This document shows positions 11,401 to 23,400 of a stretch of DNA of 54,335 bases, piece by piece. Under the pieces are notes generated by a model. That model had not been told where the DNA came from. It saw nothing but the letters and a program-made list of their open reading frames with translations, and did no database searches. The DNA is taken from contig JAUCBJ010003881.1 of NCBI GenBank assembly GCA_032718475.1, forward strand, positions 1 through 54,335, written 5' to 3'. Source of the stretch: Nemertoderma westbladi (Eukaryota; Animalia; Xenacoelomorpha). Numbering within the stretch: position 1 is the stretch's first letter; each line of letters opens with the position of its first letter. The translations under genes were made by a program, and so were the position numbers.

Positions 11401-14400
11401 AAGAGGGTTCTTTATTGGTAGTGTCATACTTACTCGGTATATGGCAAGAGGGTTCTTTATTGGTAGTGTCATACTTACTCGGTATATGGCAAGAGGGTTC
11501 TTTATTGGTAGTGTCATACTTAGTCGGTATATGGCAAGAGGGTTCTTTATTGGTAGTGTCATACTTACTCGGTATATGGCAAGAGGGTTCTTTATTGGTA
11601 GTGTCATACTTACTCGGTATATGACAAGAGGGTTCTTTATTGGTAGTGTCATACTTACTCGGTATATGACAAGAGGGTTCTTTATTGGTAGTGTCATACT
11701 TACTCGGTATATGGCAAGAGGGTTCTTTATTGGTAGTGTCATACTTACTCGGTATATGACAAGAGGGTTCTTTATTGGTAGTGTCATACTTACTCGGTAT
11801 ATGACAAGAGGGTTCTTTATTGGTAGTGTCATACTTATTCGGTATATGGCAAGAGGGTTCTTTATTGGTAGTGTCATACTTAGTCGGTATATGGCAAGAG
11901 GGTTCTTTATTGGTAGTGTCATACTTACTCGATATATGGCAAGAGGGTTCTTTATTGGTAGTGTCATACTTACTCGGTATATGGCAAGAGGGTTCTTTAT
12001 TGGTAGTGTCATACTTACTCGGTATATGGCAAGAGGGTTCTTTATTGGTAGTGTCATACTTAGTCGGTATATGGCAAGAGGGTTCTTTATTGGTAGTGTC
12101 ATACTTACTCGGTATATGGCAAGAGGGTTCTTTATTGGTAGTGTCATACTTACTCGGTATATGACAAGAGGGTTCTTTATTGGTAGTGTCATACTTACTC
12201 GGTATATGACAAGAGGGTTCTTTATTGGTAGTGTCATACTTATTCGGTATATGGCAAGAGGGTTCTTTATTGGTAGTGTCATACTTAGTCGGTATATGGC
12301 AAGAGGGTTCTTTATTGGTAGTGTCATACTTACTCGGTATATGACAAGAGGGTTCTTTATTGGTAGTGTCATACTTACTCGGTATATGGCAAGAGGGTTC
12401 TTTATTGGTAGTGTCATACTTACTCGGTATATGACAAGAGGGTTCTTTATTGGTAGTGTCATACTTACTCGGTATATGACAAGAGGGTTCTTTATTGGTA
12501 GTGTCATACTTATTCGGTATATGGCAAGAGGGTTCTTTATTGGTAGTGTCATACTTAGTCGGTATATGGCAAGAGGGTTCTTTATTGGTAGTGTCATACT
12601 TACTCGATATATGGCAAGAGGGTTCTTTATTGGTAGTGTCATACTTACTCGGTATATGGCAAGAGGGTTCTTTATTGGTAGTGTCATACTTACTCGGTAT
12701 ATGGCAAGAGGGTTCTTTATTGGTAGTGTCATACTTAGTCGGTATATGGCAAGAGGGTTCTTTATTGGTAGTGTCATACTTACTCGGTATATGGCAAGAG
12801 GGTTCTTTATTGGTAGTGTCATACTTACTCGGTATATGACAAGAGGGTTCTTTATTGGTAGTGTCATACTTATTCGGTATATGGCAAGAGGGTTCTTTAT
12901 TGGTAGTGTCATACTTAGTCGGTATATGGCAAGAGGGTTCTTTATTGGTAGTGTCATACTTACTCGGTATATGACAAGAGGGTTCTTTATTGGTAGTGTC
13001 ATACTTACTCGGTATATGGCAAGAGGGTTCTTTATTGGTAGTGTCATACTTAGTCGGTATATGGCAAGAGGGTTCTTTATTGGTAGTGTCATACTTACTC
13101 GGTATATGGCAAGAGGGTTCTTTATTGGTAGTGTCATACTTACTCGGTATATGGCAAGAGGGTTCTTTATTGGTAGTGTCATACTTACTCGGTATATGGC
13201 AAGAGGGTTCTTTATTGGTAGTGTCATACTTAGTCGGTATATGGCAAGAGGGTTCTTTATTGGTAGTGTCATACTTACTCGGTATATGGCAAGAGGGTTC
13301 TTTATTGGTAGTGTCATACTTACTCGGTATATGGCAAGATGGTTCTTTATTGGTAGTGTCTTACTTACTCGGTATATGGCAAGAGGGTTCTTTATTGGTA
13401 GTGTCATACTTACTCGATATATGGCAAGAGGGTTCTTTATTGGTAGTGTCATACTTACTCGGTATATGGCAAGAGGGTTCTTTATTGGTAGTGTCATACT
13501 TAGTCGGTATATGGCAAGAGGGTTCTTTATTGGTAGTGTCATACTTACTCGGTATATGGCAAGAGGGTTCTTTATTGGTAGTGTCATACTTACTCGGTAT
13601 ATGGCAAGAGGGTTCTTTATTGGTAGTGTCATACTTACTCGGTATATGGCAAGATGGTTCTTTAATGGTCGTGTAATACTTACTCGGTATATGGCAACAG
13701 GGTTCTTTAATGGTAGTGTCATACTTACTCGGTATATGGCAAGAGGGTTCTTTATTGGTAGTGTCATACTTACTCGGTATATGGCAAGATGGTTCTTTAT
13801 TGGTCGTGTAATACTTACTCGGTATATGGCAACAGGGTTCTTTAATGGTAGTGTCATACTTACTAGGTATATGGCAAGAGGGTTCTTTATTGGTAGTGTC
13901 ATACTTACTCGGTATATGGCAAGATGGTTCTTTATTGGTCGTGTAATACTTACTCGATATATGGCAAGAGGGTTCTTTATTGGTAGTGTCATACTTACTC
14001 GGTATATGGCAAGATGGTTCTTTATTGGTCGTGTAATACTTACTCGGTATATGGCAAGATGGTTCTTTATTGGTAGTGTCATACTTATTCGGTATATGGC
14101 AAGAGGGTTCTTTATTGGTAGTGTCATACTTACTCGGTATATGGCAAGAGGGTTCTTTATTGGTCGTGTAATACTTACTCGGTATATGGCAAGATGGTTC
14201 TTTATTGGTCGTGTAATACTTACTCGGTATATGGCAACAGGGTTCTTTAATGGTAGTGTCATACTTACTCGGTATATGGCAAGAGGGTTCTTTATTGGTA
14301 GTGTCATACTTACTCGGTATATGGCAAGATGGTTCTTTATTGGTCGTGTAATACTTACTCGGTATATGGCAAGATGGTTCTTTATTGGTAGTGTCATACT

Positions 14401-17400
14401 TATTCGGTATATGGCAAGAGGGTTCTTTATTGGTAGTGTCATACTTACTCGGTATATGGCAAGATGGTTCTTTATTGGTCGTGTAATACTTACTCGGTAT
14501 ATGGCAAGATGGTTCTTTATTGGTCGTGTAATACTTACTCGGTATATGGCAAGGGGGTTCTTTAATGGTAGTGTCATACTTACTCGGTATATGGCAAGAG
14601 GGTTCTTTATTGGTAGTGTCATACTTACTCGGTATATGGCAAGATGGTTCTTTATTGGTCGTGTAATACTTACTCGATATATGGCAAGAGGGTTCTTTAT
14701 TGGTAGTGTCATACCTCCTCGATATATGGCAAGAGGGCTCTTTATTGGTAGTGTCATACTTAGTCGGTATATGGCAAGAGGGTTCTTTATTGGTAGTGTC
14801 ATACTTACTCGGTATATGGCAAGAGGGTTCTTTATTGGTAGTGTCATACTTACTCGGTATATGACAAGAGGGTTCTTTATTGGTAGTGTCATACTTACTC
14901 GGTATATGGCAAGAGGGTTCTTTATTGGTAGTGTCATACTTACTCGGTATATGGCAAGAGGGTTCTTTATTGGTAGTGTCATACTTACTCGGTATATGGC
15001 AAGAGGGTTCTTTATTGGTAGTGTCATACTTAGTCGGTATATGGCAAGAGGGTTCTTTATTGGTAGTGTCATACTTACTCGGTATATGGCAAGAGGGTTC
15101 TTTATTGGTAGTGTCATACTTACTCGGTATATGACAAGAGGGTTCTTTATTGGTAGTGTCATACTTACTCGGTATATGACAAGAGGGTTCTTTATTGGTA
15201 GTGTCATACTTACTCGGTATATGGCAAGAGGGTTCTTTATTGGTAGTGTCATACTTACTCGGTATATGACAAGAGGGTTCTTTATTGGTAGTGTCATACT
15301 TACTCGGTATATGACAAGAGGGTTCTTTATTGGTAGTGTCATACTTATTCGGTATATGGCAAGAGGGTTCTTTATTGGTAGTGTCATACTTAGTCGGTAT
15401 ATGGCAAGAGGGTTCTTTATTGGTAGTGTCATACTTACTCGATATATGGCAAGAGGGTTCTTTATTGGTAGTGTCATACTTACTCGGTATATGGCAAGAG
15501 GGTTCTTTATTGGTAGTGACATACTTACTCGGTATATGGCAAGATGGTTCTTTATTGGTAGTGTCATACTTATTCGGTATATGGCAAGAGGGTTCTTTAT
15601 TGGTAGTGTCATACTTACTCGGTATATGGCAAGATGGTTCTTTATTGGTCGTGTAATACTTACTCGGTATATGGCAAGGGGGTTCTTTATTGGTAGTGTC
15701 ATACTTACTCGGTATATGGCAAGATGGTTCTTTATTGGTAGTGTCATACTTATTCGGTATATGGCAAGAGGGTTCTTTATTGGTAGTGTCATACTTACTC
15801 GGTATATGGCAAGATGGTTCTTTATTGGTAGTGTCATACTTATTCGGTATATGGCAAGAGGGTTCTTTATTGGTAGTGTCTTACTTACTCGGTATATGGC
15901 AAGAGGGTTCTTTATTGGTAGTGTCATACTTACTCGGTATATGGCAAGATGGTTCTTTATTGGTAGTGTCATACTTACTCGGTATATGGCAAGAGGGTTC
16001 TTTATTGGTCGTGTCATACTTACTCGGTATATGGCAAGAGGGTTCTTTATTGGTAGTGTCATAATTACTCGGTATATGGCAAGATGGTTCTTTATTGGTA
16101 GTGTCATACTTACTCGGTATATGGCAAGATGGTTCTTTATTGGTAGTGTCATACTTATTCGGTATATGGCAAGAGGGTTCTTTATTGGTAGTGTCATACT
16201 TACTCGGTATATGGCAAGGGGGTTCTTTATTGGTAGTGTCATACTTATTCGGTATATGGCAAGAGGGTTCTTTATTGGTAGTGTCATACTTACTCGGTAT
16301 ATGGCAAGAGGGTTCTTTATTGGTAGTGTCATACTTACTCGGTATATGGCAAGGGGGTTCTTTATTGGTAGTGTCATACTTATTCGGTATATGGCAAGAT
16401 GGTTCTTTATTGGTAGTGTCATACTTATTCGGTATATGGCAAGAGGGTTCTTTATTGGTAGTGTCATACTTACTCGGTATATGGCAAGGGGGTTCTTTAT
16501 TGGTAGTGTCATACTTATTCGGTATATGGCAAGAGGGTTCTTTATTGGTAGTGTCATACTTACTCGGTATATGGCAAGAGGGTTCTTTATTGGTAGTGTC
16601 ATACTTACTCGGTATATGGCAAGAGGGTTCTTTATTGGTAGTGTCATACTTACTCGGTATATGGCAAGGGGGTTCTTTATTGGTAGTGTCATACTTACTC
16701 GGTATATGGCAAGAGGGTTCTTTATTGGTAGTGTCATACTTACTCGGTATATGGCAAGAGGGCTCTTTATTGGTAGTGTCATACTTACTCGGTATATGGC
16801 AAGAGGGCTCTTTATTGGTAGTGTCATACTTAGTCGGTATATGGCAAGAGGGTTCTTTATTGGTCGTGTCATACTTACTCGGTATATGACAAGAGGGTTC
16901 TTTATTGGTAGTGTCATACTTACTCGGTATATGACAAGAGGGTTCTTTATTGGTAGTGTCATACTTATTCGGTATATGGCAAGAGGGTTCTTTATTGGTA
17001 GTGTCATACTTAGTCGGTATATGGCAAGAGGGTTCTTTATTGGTAGTGTCATACTTACTCGGTATATGACAAGAGGGTTCTTTATTGGTAGTGTCATACT
17101 TACTCGGTATATGGCAAGAGGGTTCTTTATTGGTAGTGTCATACTTAGTCGGTATATGGCAAGAGGGTTCTTTATTGGTAGTGTCATACTTACTCGGTAT
17201 ATGGCAAGAGGGTTCTTTATTGGTAGTGTCATACTTACTCGGTATATGGCAAGAGGGTTCTTTATTGGTAGTGTCATACTTACTCGGTATATGGCAAGAG
17301 GGTTCTTTATTGGTAGTGTCATACTTAGTCGGTATATGGCAAGAGGGTTCTTTATTGGTAGTGTCATACTTACTCGGTATATGGCAAGAGGGTTCTTTAT

Positions 17401-20400
17401 TGGTAGTGTCATACTTACTCGGTATATGGCAAGATGGTTCTTTATTGGTAGTGTCTTACTTACTCGGTATATGGCAAGAGGGTTCTTTATTGGTAGTGTC
17501 ATACTTACTCGATATATGGCAAGAGGGTTCTTTATTGGTAGTGTCATACTTACTCGGTATATGGCAAGAGGGTTCTTTATTGGTAGTGTCATACTTACTC
17601 GGTATATGGCAAGAGGGTTCTTTATTGGTAGTGTCATACTTACTCGGTATATGGCAAGAGGGTTCTTTATTGGTAGTGTCATACTTACTCGGTATATGGC
17701 AAGAGGGTTCTTTATTGGTAGTGTCATACTTACTCGGTATATGACAAGAGGGTTCTTTATTGGTAGTGTCATACTTACTCGGTATATGGCAAGAGGGTTC
17801 TTTATTGGTAGTGTCATACTTAGTCGGTATATGGCAAGAGGGTTCTTTATTGGTAGTGTCATACTTACTCGGTATATGACAAGAGGGTTCTTTATTGGTA
17901 GTGTCATACTTACTCGGTATATGGCAAGAGGGTTCTTTATTGGTAGTGTCATACTTAGTCGGTATATGGCAAGAGGGTTCTTTATTGGTAGTGTCATACT
18001 TACTCGGTATATGACAAGAGGGTTCTTTATTGGTAGTGTCATACTTACTCGGTATATGACAAGAGGGTTCTTTATTGGTAGTGTCATACTTACTCGGTAT
18101 ATGACAAGAGGGTTCTTTATTGGTAGTGTCATACTTATTCGGTATATGGCAAGAGGGTTCTTTATTGGTAGTGTCATACTTAGTCGGTATATGGCAAGAG
18201 GGTTCTTTATTGGTAGTGTCATACTTACTCGGTATATGACAAGAGGGTTCTTTATTGGTAGTGTCATACTTACTCGGTATATGGCAAGAGGGTTCTTTAT
18301 TGGTAGTGTCATACTTAGTCGGTATATGGCAAGAGGGTTCTTTATTGGTAGTGTCATACTTACTCGGTATATGGCAAGAGGGTTCTTTATTGGTAGTGTC
18401 ATACTTACTCGGTATATGGCAAGAGGGTTCTTTATTGGTAGTGTCATACTTACTCGGTATATGGCAAGAGGGTTCTTTATTGGTAGTGTCATACTTAGTC
18501 GGTATATGGCAAGAGGGTTCTTTATTGGTAGTGTCATACTTACTCGGTATATGGCAAGAGGGTTCTTTATTGGTAGTGTCATACTTACTCGGTATATGGC
18601 AAGATGGTTCTTTATTGGTAGTGTCTTACTTACTCGGTATATGGCAAGAGGGTTCTTTATTGGTAGTGTCATACTTACTCGATATATGGCAAGAGGGTTC
18701 TTTATTGGTAGTGTCATACTTACTCGGTATATGGCAAGAGGGTTCTTTATTGGTAGTGTCATACTTACTCGGTATATGGCAAGAGGGTTCTTTATTGGTA
18801 GTGTCATACTTACTCGGTATATGGCAAGAGGGTTCTTTATTGGTAGTGTCATACTTACTCGGTATATGGCAAGATGGTTCTTTATTGGTCGTGTAATACT
18901 TACTCGGTATATGGCAACAGGGTTCTTTAATGGTAGTGTCATACTTACTCGGTATATGGCAAGAGGGTTCTTTATTGGTAGTGTCATACTTATTCGGTAT
19001 ATGGCAAGATGGTTCTTTATTGGTCGTGTAATACTTACTCGATATATGGCAAGAGGGTTCTTTATTGGTAGTGTCATACTTACTCGGTATATGGCAAGAT
19101 GGTTCTTTATTGGTCGTGTAATACTTACTCGGTATATGGCAAGATGGTTCTTTATTGGTAGTGTCATACTTATTCGGTATATGGCAAGAGGGTTCTTTAT
19201 TGGTAGTGTCATACTTACTCGGTATATGGCAAGAGGGTTCTTTATTGGTCGTGTAATACTTACTCGGTATATGGCAAGATGGTTCTTTATTGGTCGTGTA
19301 ATACTTACTCGGTATATGGCAACAGGGTTCTTTAATGGTAGTGTCATACTTACTCGGTATATGGCAAGAGGGTTCTTTATTGGTAGTGTCATACTTACTC
19401 GGTATATGGCAAGATGGTTCTTTATTGGTCGTGTAATACTTACTCGGTATATGGCAAGATGGTTCTTTATTGGTAGTGTCATACTTATTCGGTATATGGC
19501 AAGAGGGTTCTTTATTGGTAGTGTCATACTTACTCGGTATATGGCAAGATGGTTCTTTATTGGTCGTGTAATACTTACTCGGTATATGGCAAGATGGTTC
19601 TTTATTGGTCGTGTAATACTTACTCGGTATATGGCAACAGGGTTCTTTAATGGTAGTGTCATACTTACTCGGTATATGGCAAGAGGGTTCTTTATTGGTA
19701 GTGTCATACTTACTCGGTATATGGCAAGATGGTTCTTTATTGGTCGTGTAATACTTACTCGATATATGGCAAGAGGGTTCTTTATTGGTAGTGTCATACT
19801 TACTCGGTATATGGCAAGATGGTTCTTTATTGGTCGTGTAATACTTACTCGGTATATGGCAAGATGGTTCTTTATTGGTAGTGTCATACTTATTCGGTAT
19901 ATGGCAAGAGGGTTCTTTATTGGTAGTGTCATACTTACTCGGTATATGGCAAGAGGGTTCTTTATTGGTAGTGTCATACTTACTCGGTATATGACAAGAG
20001 GGTTCTTTATTGGTAGTGTCATACTTACTCGGTATATGGCAAGAGGGTTCTTTATTGGTAGTGTCATACTTAGTCGGTATATGGCAAGAGGGTTCTTTAT
20101 TGGTAGTGTCATACTTACTCGGTATATGGCAAGAGGGTTCTTTATTGGTAGTGTCATACTTACTCGGTATATGGCAAGAGGGTTCTTTATTGGTAGTGTC
20201 ATACTTAGTCGGTATATGGCAAGAGGGTTCTTTATTGGTAGTGTCATACTTACTCGGTATATGGCAAGAGGGTTCTTTATTGGTAGTGTCATACTTACTC
20301 GGTATATGGCAAGAGGGTTCTTTATTGGTAGTGTCATACTTACTCGGTATATGGCAAGAGGGTTCTTTATTGGTAGTGTCATACTTACTCGGTATATGGC

Positions 20401-23400
20401 AAGAGGGTTCTTTATTGGTAGTGTCATACTTACTCGGTATATGGCAAGAGGGTTCTTTATTGGTAGTGTCATACTTACTCGGTATATGGCAAGATGGTTC
20501 TTTATTGGTAGTGTCTTACTTACTCGGTATATGGCAAGAGGGTTCTTTATTGGTAGTGTCATACTTACTCGATATATGGCAAGAGGGTTCTTTATTGGTA
20601 GTGTCATACTTACTCGGTATATGGCAAGAGGGTTCTTTATTGGTAGTGTCATACTTACTCGGTATATGGCAAGAGGGTTCTTTATTGGTAGTGTCATACT
20701 TACTCGGTATATGGCAAGAGGGTTCTTTATTGGTAGTGTCATACTTACTCGGTATATGGCAAGATGGTTCTTTATTGGTCGTGTAATACTTACTCGGTAT
20801 ATGGCAACAGGGTTCTTTAATGGTAGTGTCATACTTACTCGGTATATGGCAAGAGGGTTCTTTATTGGTAGTGTCATACTTATTCGGTATATGGCAAGAT
20901 GGTTCTTTATTGGTCGTGTAATACTTACTCGATATATGGCAAGAGGGTTCTTTATTGGTAGTGTCATACTTACTCGGTATATGGCAAGATGGTTCTTTAT
21001 TGGTCGTGTAATACTTACTCGGTATATGGCAAGATGGTTCTTTATTGGTAGTGTCATACTTATTCGGTATATGGCAAGAGGGTTCTTTATTGGTAGTGTC
21101 ATACTTACTCGGTATATGGCAAGAGGGTTCTTTATTGGTCGTGTAATACTTACTCGGTATATGGCAAGATGGTTCTTTATTGGTCGTGTAATACTTACTC
21201 GGTATATGGCAACAGGGTTCTTTAATGGTAGTGTCATACTTACTCGGTATATGGCAAGAGGGTTCTTTATTGGTAGTGTCATACTTACTCGGTATATGGC
21301 AAGATGGTTCTTTATTGGTCGTGTAATACTTACTCGGTATATGGCAAGATGGTTCTTTATTGGTAGTGTCATACTTATTCGGTATATGGCAAGAGGGTTC
21401 TTTATTGGTAGTGTCATACTTACTCGGTATATGGCAAGATGGTTCTTTATTGGTCGTGTAATACTTACTCGGTATATGGCAAGATGGTTCTTTATTGGTC
21501 GTGTAATACTTACTCGGTATATGGCAACAGGGTTCTTTAATGGTAGTGTCATACTTACTCGGTATATGGCAAGAGGGTTCTTTATTGGTAGTGTCATACT
21601 TACTCGGTATATGGCAAGATGGTTCTTTATTGGTCGTGTAATACTTACTCGATATATGGCAAGAGGGTTCTTTATTGGTAGTGTCATACTTACTCGGTAT
21701 ATGGCAAGATGGTTCTTTATTGGTCGTGTAATACTTACTCGGTATATGGCAAGATGGTTCTTTATTGGTAGTGTCATACTTATTCGGTATATGGCAAGAG
21801 GGTTCTTTATTGGTAGTGTCATACTTACTCGGTATATGGCAAGATGGTTCTTTATTGGTCGTGTAATACTTACTCGGTATATGGCAAGGGGGTTCTTTAT
21901 TGGTAGTGTCATACTTACTCGGTATATGGCAAGAGGGTTCTTTATTGGTAGTGTCTTACTTACTCGGTATATGGCAAGATGGTTCTTTATTGGTAGTGTC
22001 ATACTTATTCGGTATATGGCAAGGGGGTTCTTTATTGGTAGTGTCATACTTACTCGGTATATGGCAAGATGGTTCTTTATTGGTAGTGTCATACTTATTC
22101 GGTATATGGCAAGAGGGTTCTTTATTGGTAGTGTCATACTTATTCGGTATATGGCAAGATGGTTCTTTATTGGTAGTGTCATACTTACTCGGTATATGGC
22201 AAGATGGTTCTTTATTGGTCGTGTAATACTTACTCGGTATATGGCAAGGGGGTTCTTTATTGGTAGTGTCATACTTACTCGGTATATGGCAAGATGGTTC
22301 TTTATTGGTAGTGTCATACTTATTCGGTATATGGCAAGAGGGTTCTTTATTGGTAGTGTCATACTTACTCGGTATATGGCAAGATGGTTCTTTATTGGTC
22401 GTGTAATACTTACTCGGTATATGGCAAGGGGGTTCTTTATTGGTAGTGTCATACTTACTCGGTATATGGCAAGAGGGTTCTTTATTGGTAGTGTCTTACT
22501 TACTCGGTATATGGCAAGAGGGTTCTTTATTGGTAGTGTCATACTTACTCGGTATATGGCAAGATGGTTCTTTATTGGTAGTGTCATACTTATTCGGTAT
22601 ATGGCAAGAGGGTTCTTTATTGGTAGTGTCATACTTACTCGGTATATGGCAAGAGGGTTCTTTATTGGTAGTGTCATACTTACTCGGTATATGGCAAGGG
22701 GGTTCTTTATTGGTAGTGTCATACTTACTCGGTATATGGCAAGATGGTTCTTTATTGGTAGTGTCATACTTATTCGGTATATGGCAAGGGGGTTCTTTAT
22801 TGGTAGTGTCATACTTACTCGGTATATGGCAAGATGGTTCTTTATTGGTAGTGTCATACTTATTCGGTATATGGCAAGATGGTTCTTTATTGGTAGTGTC
22901 ATACTTATTCGGTATATGGCAAGGGGGTTCTTTATTGGTAGTGTCATACTTACTCGGTATATGGCAAGATGGTTCTTTATTGGTAGTGTCATACTTATTC
23001 GGTATATGGCAAGGGGGTTCTTTATTGGTAGTGTCATACTTACTCGGTATATGGCAAGAGGGTTCTTTATTGGTAGTGTCATACTTACTCGGTATATGGC
23101 AAGGGGGTTCTTTATTGGTAGTGTCATACTTACTCGGTATATGGCAAGAGGGTTCTTTATTGGTAGTGTCATACTTACTCGGTATATGGCAAGATGGTTC
23201 TTTATTGGTAGTGTCATACTTATTCGGTATATGGCAAGAGGGTTCTTTATTGGTAGTGTCTTACTTACTCGGTATATGGCAAGAGGGTTCTTTATTGGTA
23301 GTGTCATACTTACTCGGTATATGGCAAGATGGTTCTTTATTGGTAGTGTCATACTTACTCGGTATATGGCAAGAGGGTTCTTTATTGGTCGTGTCATACT